53,484 nt of DNA. Source: Rhodobiaceae bacterium. GTDB taxonomy: Bacteria > Pseudomonadota > Alphaproteobacteria > MED-G09. Below, piece after piece: positions 17,544 to 28,800 of this stretch. The number at the start of each line of letters is the position of its first letter. Within the stretch, counting starts at the first letter, position 1. Location of the stretch: positions 1 through 53,484 of the forward strand of contig PBNH01000024.1 in assembly GCA_002723035.1 (NCBI GenBank). Reading direction: 5' to 3'. The position numbers were made by a program, and so were the translations under genes. Below the pieces are notes generated by a model that saw only the letters and a list, made by a program, of their open reading frames with translations, did no database searches and had not been told where the DNA came from.

Positions 17544-19484
17544 TTAGAAGTTCTGCTTATTTTTTATAAGGTCATCAACTACTTTTGGTTCCGCTAGAGT
17601 TGATGTATCCCCGAGATCATCATAATCATTTGCTGCTATTTTTCTTAATATTCTTCTCATAATTTTTCCTGATCGAGTTTTTGGAAGGTTAGATGAAAAT
17701 TGGATAAAATCTGGGCTAGCAATTGGCCCAATTTCTCTTCTTACCCATCCAATAAGATCTTTTTTAATCTCATCACTCATTTTTTCACCTGCAATTAGAG
17801 TTACAAACGCATAAATTCCTTGACCTTTAATTTCATGAGGAAAACCAACCACTGCTGCCTCTGCAACTTTATTATGAGAAACTAATGCACTTTCAACCTC
17901 TGCCGTACCCATTCTATGACCAGAAACATTAATTACATCATCAACTCTTCCTGTAATCCAATAATAACCATCTTCATCCCTTCTGCATCCGTCTCCAGTA
18001 AAATAATAGCCATCGTATTGAGAAAAATAGGTCTCTATAAACCTATCATGATCACCATAAACTGTTCTCATTTGACCCGGCCAGCTACTTTTAATGCATA
18101 AATTGCCCTCGTTAGAACCTTCAAGCTCATTACCATTTGTATTTAATAATACTGGGTTAATTCCAGGGATAGGTTTGGAGGCAGAGCCCGGTTTTAAATC
18201 TGTTGCTCCGGGTAAGGGTGAAATTAGAGTAGCCCCAGTTTCGGTTTGCCACCAAGTATCAACTATAGGGCATTTTTTTTCTCCAACAATATTGTAGTAC
18301 CATAACCATGCTTCTGGATTGATTGGCTCACCAACACTTCCGAGTAACTTTAAACTATCTCTTTTAGTCGCTTTAACTGGCTCATCACCCTCCTTCATTA
18401 ATGCTCTGATTGCTGTAGGGGCTGTGTAAAATATATTTACTTTATGTTTATCGCATATTTGCCAAAATCTTGATGCATCTGGAAAATTGGGTACACCCTC
18501 AAACATTAGGGTTGTTGCTCCATTACATAATGGGCCATAAATTATATAGGAATGACCAGTTACCCAGCCTACATCAGCACTACACCAATAAATATCACCT
18601 GGCTTGTAATCAAAAATCATTTCATGAGTATAAGAAGCATATACAATATATCCTCCCGAAGTATGAAGGACACCTTTTGGCTTACCAGTTGAGCCAGATG
18701 TATAAAGAATAAATAGAGGATCTTCAGCATCCATCACTTCGGCCTCGCATTCATCGCTTACATTCTTTATAATGTCATGATACCAAAGGTCTCTTCCCTC
18801 AATCATTTTTATATTTGCATTATTACGATTTACCACAAATACATTTTTAACATTGGGACATTTTAAAAGGGCTTTATCTGTATTCAATTTTAAAGGTATT
18901 GTTTTTCCACCTCTTATACCTTCATCTGCTGTAATAACGTAATGTGAATTACAGTCTAAAATTCTTCCTGCAAGTGCCTCAGGAGAAAAACCTCCAAATA
19001 CAACAGAATGAATTGCTCCAATTCTACTGCAAGCTAACATTGAATAAGCCGCTTCAGGAATCATAGGCATATAAATAGTTATTCTATCCCCTTTTTTTAC
19101 ACCATTATTTTTTAATGCATTTGATAAATTGCAAACTTTTTTATGAAGCTCTCTATATGATATCTTAAGACTTTCATCAGGATTATCCCCTTCCCAAATA
19201 ATTGCAATTTCATCTGACTTATCTTTAAGATGTCTATCTATACAATTTTCTGAAACATTTAACTTTCCGTCATAATACCAATTGATATCAACATTTTTCC
19301 TTGACCATGTAACATCTTTTACTTTTGAATAAGGTTTTATCCAATCAACTCTCTTTCCAATTTTATACCAAAATTTTTCAGAGTCAGCCTCGGCTTGTTG
19401 GCATAAATCTTCATAAACTTCTTTTGTAACATGTGCTGAATTTTTATAATTTTCAGGTACTGGGAATATTTTATCAGCTGTCAT
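17544..19484 (-). CDS. acs: acetyl-CoA synthetase (AMP-forming)
   Basis: 646 aa with a canonical Acs N-terminus, the AMP-binding motif [12 protein letters not shown], and the C-terminal [12 protein letters not shown]. Confidence 0.95.
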   Translation of the reverse strand: MTADKIFPVPENYKNSAHVTKEVYEDLCQQAEADSEKFWYKIGKRVDWIKPYSKVKDVTWSRKNVDINWYYDGKLNVSENCIDRHLKDKSDEIAIIWEGDNPDESLKISYRELHKKVCNLSNALKNNGVKKGDRITIYMPMIPEAAYSMLACSRIGAIHSVVFGGFSPEALAGRILDCNSHYVITADEGIRGGKTIPLKLNTDKALLKCPNVKNVFVVNRNNANIKMIEGRDLWYHDIIKNVSDECEAEVMDAEDPLFILYTSGSTGKPKGVLHTSGGYIVYASYTHEMIFDYKPGDIYWCSADVGWVTGHSYIIYGPLCNGATTLMFEGVPNFPDASRFWQICDKHKVNIFYTAPTAIRALMKEGDEPVKATKRDSLKLLGSVGEPINPEAWLWYYNIVGEKKCPIVDTWWQTETGATLISPLPGATDLKPGSASKPIPGINPVLLNTNGNELEGSNEGNLCIKSSWPGQMRTVYGDHDRFIETYFSQYDGYYFTGDGCRRDEDGYYWITGRVDDVINVSGHRMGTAEVESALVSHNKVAEAAVVGFPHEIKGQGIYAFVTLIAGEKMSDEIKKDLIGWVRREIGPIASPDFIQFSSNLPKTRSGKIMRRILRKIAANDYDDLGDTSTLAEPKVVDDLIKNKQNF

Positions 19485-19494
19485 TTATTTGGCT

Positions 19495-20388
19495 CTATTT
19501 TAGTTTATTTTGTAATAATTTTATTACACCCGAAAAATCAATATTATCATGGCCCAACGTTTCAATTTGTTCATAAATTGAAGTTGCATTGGCTCCAAGG
19601 GGTGTTGAAGATGATGTCATATTTGCAGCTTCTTGAGATAGTCTTAGGTCCTTTAGCATTAATGCTGAAGCAAATCCTGGTTCGTAATTATTGTTAGCAG
19701 GACTAGACGGTACTGGTCCTGGTACAGGGCAATAACTAGTCATTGACCAACATTGGCCTGAGGCTGTTGAAGAAATGTCAAAAAATGTTTGAGCATCAAG
19801 ACCGAGATTTTCTGCTAGATTAAATGCTTCTGCAGTTCCTATCATTGAAATACCTAATAACATATTATTACAAATTTTTGCTGCTTGACCGTTACCTGAT
19901 AGTCCTGCATAAATAATATTTCCACCCATTATATCGAGGTATTCTTTTGCTTTATCAAAGGCTTTTCTCTCTCCGCCAACCATAAATGTTAATGTACCTG
20001 CCTGAGCACCTCCGACCCCTCCTGAAACAGGAGCATCAACTATATTAAGATTTTTTGCGATGGCGGTTTTAGAGACATCTCTTGCAGTTTCAACATCTAT
20101 TGTTGATGAGTCTATTAGCAAAAGATTATCCGGAGCATTTTCTATTATTCCCTCGCCGCCTAAATAAACTGACTTTACGATTTTACCTGAGGGCAGCATT
20201 GATATTACTACATCAGAGGATTGAATAGTCGAACTAATATCATCAGTAGATTTTCCTCCAGCATCAATAAGAATTTTTACTTGATCCTTTGCTAAATCAT
20301 ATCCAGTCACAGAATGCCCTGCTTTTAAAAGATTTAAGGCCATTGGAAGACCCATATTACCCAATCCTATAAACGAAACTTCTGCCAT
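19495..20388 (-). CDS. mmsB: 3-hydroxyisobutyrate dehydrogenase family protein
   Basis: FIGLGNMGLPMALNL Rossmann N-terminus and beta-hydroxyacid dehydrogenase family layout. It sits next to the HIBCH and ACAD genes. Confidence 0.85.
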   Translation of the reverse strand: MAEVSFIGLGNMGLPMALNLLKAGHSVTGYDLAKDQVKILIDAGGKSTDDISSTIQSSDVVISMLPSGKIVKSVYLGGEGIIENAPDNLLLIDSSTIDVETARDVSKTAIAKNLNIVDAPVSGGVGGAQAGTLTFMVGGERKAFDKAKEYLDIMGGNIIYAGLSGNGQAAKICNNMLLGISMIGTAEAFNLAENLGLDAQTFFDISSTASGQCWSMTSYCPVPGPVPSSPANNNYEPGFASALMLKDLRLSQEAANMTSSSTPLGANATSIYEQIETLGHDNIDFSGVIKLLQNKLK

Positions 20389-20400
20389 GCTTAACTCCTT

Positions 20401-21438
20401 TTAATTGAATTTAAGATCATCATCTAATGAACTAAAAAATTTATCTACAAAATTTTCTTCTACCTCAGATATATTACTCGGTTTCCAGGATGGGTTATTA
20501 TCTTTGTCAATGATAAGTGCCCTTACACCCTCATAGAAATCATGGTCATTCATTACTTTATTGACCATTCTGAATTCCATCTGCATGCAATCTTCAAAGC
20601 TAATATTCTTACCTAGCCTAAGACTTCTTAAGGCAACTTTTAAAGATGTTGGTGATTTTTGCTCTATTGTTGAAAGTATATTCTTGGACAGATCTGAGTT
20701 TTCTTCTATTAAATTTTCTATAATCTTTTCAACTGTATCAGCCTTAAAGATTTTATTACAAAATAAGCTTATTTCTTTAAATTCTGATTTCCCAGGTTCA
20801 ACTGAGTATTTTTCAATGATATTTTTAGGGTCATTTTCATCTTTTGAAAGATCATTTATCAAATTAGAAAAATTTTCAGATTTTATAAAGTTTGTTGCCG
20901 TTCCTAAAAAAATAGCATCCGGAGCTTTTATTCTGTTCCCTGTTAAAGCAAGGTAGGTACCTGCTTCGAAATTCAGTCTTGGTAGGAAAAATGATCCTCC
21001 TACATCTGGAAATAAACCTATTCCTGTTTCTGGCATAGCAAAGGAATAGTTTTCTCCAGCTATTCTATGACTCCCATGAACCGAAAGACCAACTCCACCA
21101 CCCATAACAATCCCATTTACAAGTGAAATATATGGTTTCGGATAACGTTTTATATATTGATTGAGAATATATTCCTCTCTATAAAAACCTACTGCTTTCT
21201 CATCATTATTTTTACCCCAGTCATGAAGGGCTCTAATATCTCCACCAGCACAAAATGCCTTTTCTCCCTCTGCTTTAATTAAAATATTTTTTACAGATGA
21301 GTCATTTTCCCATTGTTTTAATTTTGGATGAATTTCCCTCACCATTGATAGCGTAAGAGCATTTAAAGCTTTTGGCCTATTTAAAGTTATAAGCCCAAGA
21401 GTTCCTTTGACTTCAAAGAAAACCTCTTCATCTGTCAT
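20401..21438 (-). CDS. 3-hydroxyisobutyryl-CoA hydrolase (ECH_2 crotonase subfamily)
   Basis: 345 aa with a crotonase core (KAFCAGGDIRAL, GIVMGGGVGLS) and the long C-terminal extension typical of HIBCH. Confidence 0.85.
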   Translation of the reverse strand: MTDEEVFFEVKGTLGLITLNRPKALNALTLSMVREIHPKLKQWENDSSVKNILIKAEGEKAFCAGGDIRALHDWGKNNDEKAVGFYREEYILNQYIKRYPKPYISLVNGIVMGGGVGLSVHGSHRIAGENYSFAMPETGIGLFPDVGGSFFLPRLNFEAGTYLALTGNRIKAPDAIFLGTATNFIKSENFSNLINDLSKDENDPKNIIEKYSVEPGKSEFKEISLFCNKIFKADTVEKIIENLIEENSDLSKNILSTIEQKSPTSLKVALRSLRLGKNISFEDCMQMEFRMVNKVMNDHDFYEGVRALIIDKDNNPSWKPSNISEVEENFVDKFFSSLDDDLKFN

Positions 21439-22574
21439 CTGTTTTCCTTAAGTACTTCTCTAGAAATAATAACATTCATTATTTCATTGGTTCCTTCAAG
21501 TATTTGATGAACCCTAACATCTCTAAGGTTTCTCTCCAAAGGATAATCTTTAAGGTATCCATAGCCGCCATGAATTTGAAGAGCTTCATTTACGATTTTA
21601 AAACTCATGTCAGTTACAAAACGCTTAGCCATAGCAGCAGCTTTTGTTTTATCGTGAGTATTTTCATCAACTTTATTGGCTGCATCTCTAAGCATTAATC
21701 TTGAAGCCTCAAGTTCAGTTGCCATATCGGCAAGTTTAAATTGTATAGATTGAAAATCTTGAATTTTTTTTCCAAATTGTTCTCTATCCCCAGCATAATC
21801 GACAGCTTTTTCAAATGCAGATTGAGCGGTTCCGAGAGAACATGCTGCTATATTGAGTCTTCCACCATCTAAGCCTTTCATAGCAATTTTAAAACCATCA
21901 CCTTCATTTCCAATAATATTTTCAACGGGAACTTTACAGTCTTCAAAAATAACTTGAGCAGTTGGTTGAGAATTCCATCCCATCTTTTTTTCCTGCGCTC
22001 CAAAAGAAAGTCCAGGAGTATCTTTCTCAATTAAAAGGGTTGAAATTCCAGAGGCGCTATCATCTCCTGTTCTAACCATAGTAACATAGACATCAGAGTA
22101 ACCACCTCCAGAGATAAAAGACTTAGTTCCATTAATTATATAATGATCACCATTTTTGATAGCTTTTGTTTTCAGACTTACTGCATCTGAGCCTGCCCCA
22201 GCTTCTGTTAAGCAATATGATGCAATTTTATTCATTGAGCATAAATCAGGGACAAATTTCTCTTTAAGTTCACTTGATGCAAAACTATCAATCATCCAAT
22301 TTGCCATATTGTGGATTGACAAGAAAGCTGATGTTGACGTACAGCCTTGGCTTAAGGCTTCAAAAATTAAGCTAGCATCCAAACGAGATAAACCAGAACC
22401 CCCAAGTTCAGGATCAACATAGATTCCGCCAAAGCCAAGCGCCGCAAGTTCTTGAAGAGTTTCTACAGGAAATATTTTTTCTTCATCCCATTTTTCGGCA
22501 TTTGGGGCCATTTTTTTTAAAGCAAAATCTTTTGCTACATCGTAAAAGGCAATTTGTTCTTCAGATAAGTGCAT
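21435..22574 (-). CDS. acyl-CoA dehydrogenase, short/branched-chain (isobutyryl-CoA dehydrogenase-like)
   Basis: Canonical ACAD (CLTEAGAGSD, GTKSFISGG) with the catalytic Glu in the MCAD-type position (ILEGTNEI). It shows a 4-nt ATGA overlap with the HIBCH gene. Confidence 0.9.
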   Translation of the reverse strand: MHLSEEQIAFYDVAKDFALKKMAPNAEKWDEEKIFPVETLQELAALGFGGIYVDPELGGSGLSRLDASLIFEALSQGCTSTSAFLSIHNMANWMIDSFASSELKEKFVPDLCSMNKIASYCLTEAGAGSDAVSLKTKAIKNGDHYIINGTKSFISGGGYSDVYVTMVRTGDDSASGISTLLIEKDTPGLSFGAQEKKMGWNSQPTAQVIFEDCKVPVENIIGNEGDGFKIAMKGLDGGRLNIAACSLGTAQSAFEKAVDYAGDREQFGKKIQDFQSIQFKLADMATELEASRLMLRDAANKVDENTHDKTKAAAMAKRFVTDMSFKIVNEALQIHGGYGYLKDYPLERNLRDVRVHQILEGTNEIMNVIISREVLKENR

Positions 22575-22624
22575 AATTTTTCTAATCGTTAATTTGTTAA
22601 CTAAATCCAGCTTTCTATGATTGT

Positions 22625-24028
22625 TTAATTTAATTTATTCATTACATCACCGAAGAGTTCTTTATCTGAGATAAGCTCTTTAGTTTGACTTAGGGGCTTT
22701 GAGACCCAGGTTTCATTTATAAGATCTCTCCAGGAAATATTATTATTTGTACCATTTCCTCCCCAAGAACCACAGCCCAATGAAAATGTTTGTCGCATTC
22801 CATTCCATAGGTTTCCGCTATTTGACGCTGCTTGAGGTTGATTAACCATAACTCTTGAGGTTTTAGTGCTGTTAGCTAATTTCATTATATTTTCATCACT
22901 GTTTGAGTAAATACCGCATGAATGGCCTTGACCTTGATATGCTTGAATATTATTTGTTAGTTCAATGGCATGCTCAATATCATTTGCTCTGTATAAAGCC
23001 ATTATTACCGACAGTTTTTCACCAGAAAAGGGAAATTCTTTACCCCACCCTGTTTCAGGTACAATATAAAATCCAGTTCCTTCTGGTATTTCAATATTAG
23101 CCATATCGGCAATTTTCTCTGCAGGTTGAGCAACGATTGCTGTATTTAAATGACCCTCTTCATCCCAAAGAGTTTCTTTTAACTTTTGTTTTTGTTCTTC
23201 ATTGACAAGGAATCCACCTTTCTCTTTTAATTTTGAAATCATTTCCTCATAAATAGAATCCACTAAAATTACAGAATTATCTGATGAACAAGATGCCGCT
23301 AAATCAAGGGTTTTTGATATTCTGATTTTCTCAGCAGCATCATCTAGGTTGGCAGTATCATCAACAGTTATAACAGCATTTCCAACTCCGACACCAAGAG
23401 CAGGAGTACCACTTGAGTAGGCTGCATTTACCATTGCTCCACCGCCAGTAGCAAGAACTCTATCACATTGTGCCATAAGTTCATTTGTTAGTTCAAGGCT
23501 AGGTATTTCAATAGCTTGAACTAAATCAGCAGGTGCACCGCATTTAACGATAGCCTCACGCATAAGATCACATATTTTTTTGTTAGTTAACTTTGCTCTT
23601 GGGTGAGGTGCAACTATAATTGAGTTTCTTCCTTTAACAGCATGTATTGATTTAATTACTGGAGTAGCCTCAGGATTTGTTGATGGCGATAAAGCACCTA
23701 TAACACCCATTGGTTTTGCAATTTTAACAATTGCCCTTTCTGAGTCTTCTTCAAGAATACCTACGGATTTATCACCAATAATATCCATCAGTGTAGCACG
23801 TGTCTTTCTCTGAATTTTTAAAAATTTACCCTCATAATTTCCAAGCTGTGTTTCATCAACAGTAAATTGAGCTATTTCTTCAGCCATTCCAGGTTTTGCA
23901 ACTGACCAAACCATTGCCCTTATTAGCTCATCAACCTGTTGTTGAGTATAATTTTCTATTTGTTTTTGAGCTTCTCTTGAACGTTTAATTAAAACTTCAA
24001 TTTCTTCTTTTGCTGACATTTGAGTCAC
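22625..24028 (-). CDS. CoA-acylating aldehyde dehydrogenase, SucD/SauS/EutE-AdhE-type
   Basis: Colinear with Clostridium kluyveri SucD as I recall it: GRNSIIVAPHPRAK, ATGGGAMVNAAYSSGTPALGVGVGN, Cys region LAASCSSDNS, GHSCGIYS, SLGCGSWGGN. This is not the MmsA clade. Confidence 0.8.
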   Translation of the reverse strand: MTQMSAKEEIEVLIKRSREAQKQIENYTQQQVDELIRAMVWSVAKPGMAEEIAQFTVDETQLGNYEGKFLKIQRKTRATLMDIIGDKSVGILEEDSERAIVKIAKPMGVIGALSPSTNPEATPVIKSIHAVKGRNSIIVAPHPRAKLTNKKICDLMREAIVKCGAPADLVQAIEIPSLELTNELMAQCDRVLATGGGAMVNAAYSSGTPALGVGVGNAVITVDDTANLDDAAEKIRISKTLDLAASCSSDNSVILVDSIYEEMISKLKEKGGFLVNEEQKQKLKETLWDEEGHLNTAIVAQPAEKIADMANIEIPEGTGFYIVPETGWGKEFPFSGEKLSVIMALYRANDIEHAIELTNNIQAYQGQGHSCGIYSNSDENIMKLANSTKTSRVMVNQPQAASNSGNLWNGMRQTFSLGCGSWGGNGTNNNISWRDLINETWVSKPLSQTKELISDKELFGDVMNKLN

Positions 24029-24161
24029 CTCTTAATTTAAATTATTCTATCTTATCTAACACTCAGTAAGTTTAATAATCTATAAATATTTTTAAAAAAT
24101 AGTAAAATATTCTCTAATTCAAATAGCAAATGAATAATACTCTGTCGAGAAATTTCCCTAA

Positions 24162-24545
24162 TCAAGTAATATTTTCTACGGGAAGACCTTCTGACTGCCA
24201 GTCAGAAAAACCTCCAAGATTATGGACATCCATAAAACCAATATCTTTTAATGATTTACCAGCAAGAGCTGCTCTTGAACCAGCTGCACAATAAAGAATT
24301 ATTTTTCTATCTTTTGTAAAACCGTCTAATCCATTAGGATTTGTTTCTTTATTTTGAAATTCTATTAAACCCCTAGGAATATGAACAGAATTTTTAATTT
24401 TACCAGTGATAGCTAATTCATTTATTTCTCTAGTATCTATAATTAAAGCCCCATTGTCTTGCTCTTCTTTTGCCTCTGCAGGTGTTATAGTTGGTATTTC
24501 ATTAAATGCTTCCTGAATAATTTCTTGAATTGTTCTTATCATCAT
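24162..24545 (-). CDS. single-domain rhodanese sulfurtransferase
   Basis: Active-site loop YCAAGSRA. 127 aa. The start lies 7 nt after the P450 stop, with AAGGGA spanning the gap. Confidence 0.85.
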   Translation of the reverse strand: MMIRTIQEIIQEAFNEIPTITPAEAKEEQDNGALIIDTREINELAITGKIKNSVHIPRGLIEFQNKETNPNGLDGFTKDRKIILYCAAGSRAALAGKSLKDIGFMDVHNLGGFSDWQSEGLPVENIT

Positions 24546-24552
24546 ATATCCC

Positions 24553-25794
24553 TTATTTAATTTTATATTTTATAGGCAATGTCTTTAAACCAGAAACAAA
24601 GCTTGCTTTTACCCATAATGGCTCACCATTTAATTCTATTTTTTCAATTCTTTTAAATAGCTCTTTGTATAGAATTTCCATCTCCATTTTAGCTAGATGT
24701 TTTCCTAGGCATAAATGCGCTCCATATCCAAACGCCAAATGTTTATTTGGGGATCTATCAACTTTAAACTCGAAGGGTTCGTCGAATACATCTTCATCTC
24801 TATTTCCAGATGGATAGACTAGTAATATTGAATCACCCTTTTTTATTTCTTTTTCACCTATTAAGCAATCTTCAGTAGCTGTTCTAAAGAAATTTTTTAC
24901 TGGAGTAACCCATCTAATCGCCTCTTCAATTGCCATTGGCATAATAGATGGATTATCCTTTAATTTTTTAAATTCTTTTGGATTTTCTATTAATGCGAGG
25001 ACTCCTCCAGCTGTTGATGAAGATGTTGTATCGTGACCAGCAGTTGCAATTATTGTATAATAAGACATTGCTTCTAAGTGCCCAATTTCTTCACCTTGAA
25101 ATTTAGCGTTTGCAATAACAGTCGCTACATCATCTGTCGGATTTTTTCTTCTTTCTTCAGTTAGAGCTGTAAAATAATTAAAGAAATCAGCAATTACATT
25201 ACTATCAATACTTTCTTCTTCTGATCTTTTCATATCCTCATCATTGCCACCAAAAAGTTGTTGAGTAAGCTTTAACATTAGATTTTCATCTTCAGGTGGA
25301 ACACCTAAAATATTCATAATTACTCTAAGGGGGTACAATGATGATATATCTCTAACAAAATCACACTCGGATCCTGACTCAAGCATCTTATCCACATAAT
25401 TTTTTGCTAATACCTCAATTTCAGATTTAAGTTTAATTAAGTTGGGAGGTGAAAACCATGATTGAGTCATGGCTCTATAAACTTTATGATCGGGATTATC
25501 CATGTGAACTAATGTTCTTACTAGGAGATGGCTACCACCTGTGAATTCTTTAATATAATTTTCAGCGGTAATGTCCATTAAGGTTGTTCTCGGATCATTT
25601 ATGAAAAAATCATTTTTTAATTCAATATCTGAAATATCAGAATGTTTTGTAATAGCCCAAAATGGTCTATAATTATTGGGCTCTAGCCAACAAACAGGAT
25701 CATTTTCTCGCATTGATTTAAGGATAGCGTGAAGCTCACCCTCATTTGTGTAGGTTTCAGGGTATGCAATTTTTTCATAGCCATTATTAGTCAT
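24553..25794 (-). CDS. cytochrome P450 (class I bacterial type)
   Basis: I-helix AGHDTTSS, ExxR motif EEAIRW, heme-thiolate loop FGYGAHLCLG. The ATG at 25794 with an AAGGT 7 nt upstream is preferred over the track's TTG at 25800. Confidence 0.9.
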   Translation of the reverse strand: MTNNGYEKIAYPETYTNEGELHAILKSMRENDPVCWLEPNNYRPFWAITKHSDISDIELKNDFFINDPRTTLMDITAENYIKEFTGGSHLLVRTLVHMDNPDHKVYRAMTQSWFSPPNLIKLKSEIEVLAKNYVDKMLESGSECDFVRDISSLYPLRVIMNILGVPPEDENLMLKLTQQLFGGNDEDMKRSEEESIDSNVIADFFNYFTALTEERRKNPTDDVATVIANAKFQGEEIGHLEAMSYYTIIATAGHDTTSSSTAGGVLALIENPKEFKKLKDNPSIMPMAIEEAIRWVTPVKNFFRTATEDCLIGEKEIKKGDSILLVYPSGNRDEDVFDEPFEFKVDRSPNKHLAFGYGAHLCLGKHLAKMEMEILYKELFKRIEKIELNGEPLWVKASFVSGLKTLPIKYKIK

Positions 25795-25839
25795 AATCAA
25801 ACCTTATTTATTAAATTAAATCATGCAATAAAATGACAC

Positions 25840-28800
25840 TTATGTCGAGATTTTGCTTATTTGTCTTTTGGATGTCTCTTTTATTTGGCTTATATAGCTT
25901 CTGATATCGTCTCCAATTAAATATAAACAAGGAACTAGGATTAAAGTAACAGATGAAGATAATGCAACACCAAATGATAAAGATATAACGGCAGGTTTTA
26001 GAAAGTTTGCTTGAACAGATGGCTCTAGCATCATTGGCATAAGACCTACAAAAGTTGTAATTGATGTTATTACAATTGGCCTAAACCTTGTAACCCCAGA
26101 CTCTACAATGCACTCTAATATATGTTTTCCACTGCTCTTTAGTCTATTAATATTATCAACTAGAACAAGGTTATCATTTACAACAACACCACATGCTGCT
26201 CCAATTCCCCAATATGAAATCATTGAGAGGCCTTTACCAAAAATAATGTGTCCAAGAACAGCTCCACCAAAACCAAATGGAAGCGCAGAAAGAATTATTA
26301 TTGGTAAAAAATACGATCTAAATGCAATTGATAAAATTGCAAACATTGCAAAAATTGCAATTATTATTAAATATCGAATTTCTGCAAAAAACTCATCCTC
26401 TCCTTCGGACTCTCCTCCAAGTCTCCAAGAAGCTCCTGGAAATCTTGTTTTCCAGCCAGGAAGATAATCCTCCCTTAATTCAGTGAGAATTTGAGTTTTA
26501 AAATCACCCTTAATTTGAGTACTCACGGATGCGCTAATTAATCCATCAATTCTTTCTATTTTTTGAACTCCGGGTGATTGCTTTATTGATGCTACAGATA
26601 AAAATGGTACCTCTCTTCCATCAGGTGTTCTTATCCTAAACTTAGATAAACTTTCAAGAGATCTTCTTAATTTCTTTGGATAGTGAACCATTACTTTTAC
26701 ATCTTCACCATTTCTGGGTAGTCTTTGTACTTCCTCACCATAGTATGCCTGTCTAAGTTGTCTAGATATCTCACCAAGTGTTAATCCTAATTTCTCGGCA
26801 TTAAGCTTCACTGATATCTGAATTTCAGTAAACGAACTGTTTAGGCTGTTTCTTACATCATATGTTGCAGAGTAAGATCTTAAATTATTAATAAAATCAT
26901 TTAAAGCTGGAATCAAGTCCTCTGATTTTGTTGCAGTGATATTAAAATTAAGGTCTGCATCAGTTGGGCTACGACCAATATCTTTTGAAACATCCAGACC
27001 CTCGGCATCGGGTATCTCACCAATGTTGTCTCTTAAAATATCTGCAATTTCTGTTGCTGATGCATCTCTATTGCTTGGAGGGTAGAGATTAAAATAAGCT
27101 CTAACCGAGGAGCCACTGGCATTTATGTATGTATTTTCTATGCTATTATCTTTATTTTCAAAATACTTTTCTGTTTTTATCCCTGCGTTCTCAACAATTT
27201 TTGATACTTCAAGAGTTCTCTCAAAGGGGGATCCTTCTGGAAGTTTAACACTTACCAATATTTCATCATCCTCAATGTTTGGAAGGAATGACTTGCTTAT
27301 CCAAGATGATCCAGAAAAAGTAAAAATAATTATTAAAAAGCTTAGAAAAAATGAAACTGTCAAATATCTTCTTTTTAGAGAGGATATTAGTATTGGCATA
27401 TATTTAATTTTACCGAAGTTAACCAAACTCTGAGCAAGTTTTTTTTGAAATTTTGCTAATTTCGATTCATTATTATTCGGTTTTAGATTTGATAAATGAG
27501 AGGGTAAAATACAGAAGGCCTCTAAAAGAGAAAAAGCTAAAGCAAGCAAAACAATGATTGATATATTTTGGACAAATTGAACTTGCCATCCCGATAAAAA
27601 TAGCCAAGGAGCAAATGCAATCATAGAAGTTATAACTGCAAAAAATACTGGTTTAGATACTAGATAGGCGCCCATTATTGCGGCATCAGCACCTTCTCGA
27701 CCTTTTTCATTTTCTGAGTGAATATTCTCCCCAACAATAATTGCATCATCTACAACAATTCCTATTACTAGAAGAAATGCAAATAATGATATTACATTTA
27801 AAGATACATCGTTTGATGGAAGAAAAATAAATGTTCCTGCAAAAGCAGTTAAAATTCCAACAGCGCACCAGAAAGCAACAATTGGTCTTAAAAACATCAT
27901 TAGAACAATAAACACTAAGAATAGTCCGCCAAATGCACTTTTTGAAATTAAAGACATTCTGTCCTTATATAAGTCTGATGTATCAGTCCATAAGGAGAGA
28001 TTTAGGCTTTGATCCATATTTTTCTGAGCATCAGGTAGCCATTTGTAAATAGACTCAGACGTTTTAACGACATTCATGTTATCAGTAGATAAAACTTGAA
28101 CGAGAACAGCTAATTCACCATTTAATGTTGCTCTAAGATTTTCATCTTCAAAACCATCAACAACCTTAGCTATATCAGAAATTTTAAGTGTTCCGCCATC
28201 TGAAGTTTGTCTGATTATTATTTTATCAAAATCTTTTTTTGTATCCGCTAAATTTCTTGTGGTTAATTGGATGGTTCCGTTTTCACCTTTGATACTCCCC
28301 AAAGAGGTATTGATTGATGATTTTCTAATTGCTTTAGCCACTTGGTCAAAGGTAACATTATACCTTCTCATAGCATTCTCAGAGAGTTCTATTGATATTT
28401 CTTCTTTTCTACTTCCTTGAACTTCTACAATATCGACATGGTCCAAAAGAGATAATTCATCTCTGATTTTTTCAGCAGCTCTTGTTAATTTTTTTTCAGA
28501 TGTATTACCATGCACAGCAAGTGTAACAAGAGGAAGTCTAAAAGACTCATCAGAAACTGTTGGTGGAAGCACTTCATTGGGTATTGATTGGATTGCGTCT
28601 ACTTTTCGTTTTATATCTTGAATAAGTTTATCGATTCCTGAACCAGAGGTGGCTTCTACTAAAATCGATCCCAAGTTTTCTTTAGCTGTTGATGTAATTT
28701 TTTTTATATTGTCGAGATCAGTAAGCGACTCTTCAACTCTTACAAGTATTTGGTCTTCAATTTCTTTTGGTGATGCACCTGGCCATCCATATTCAATTGA

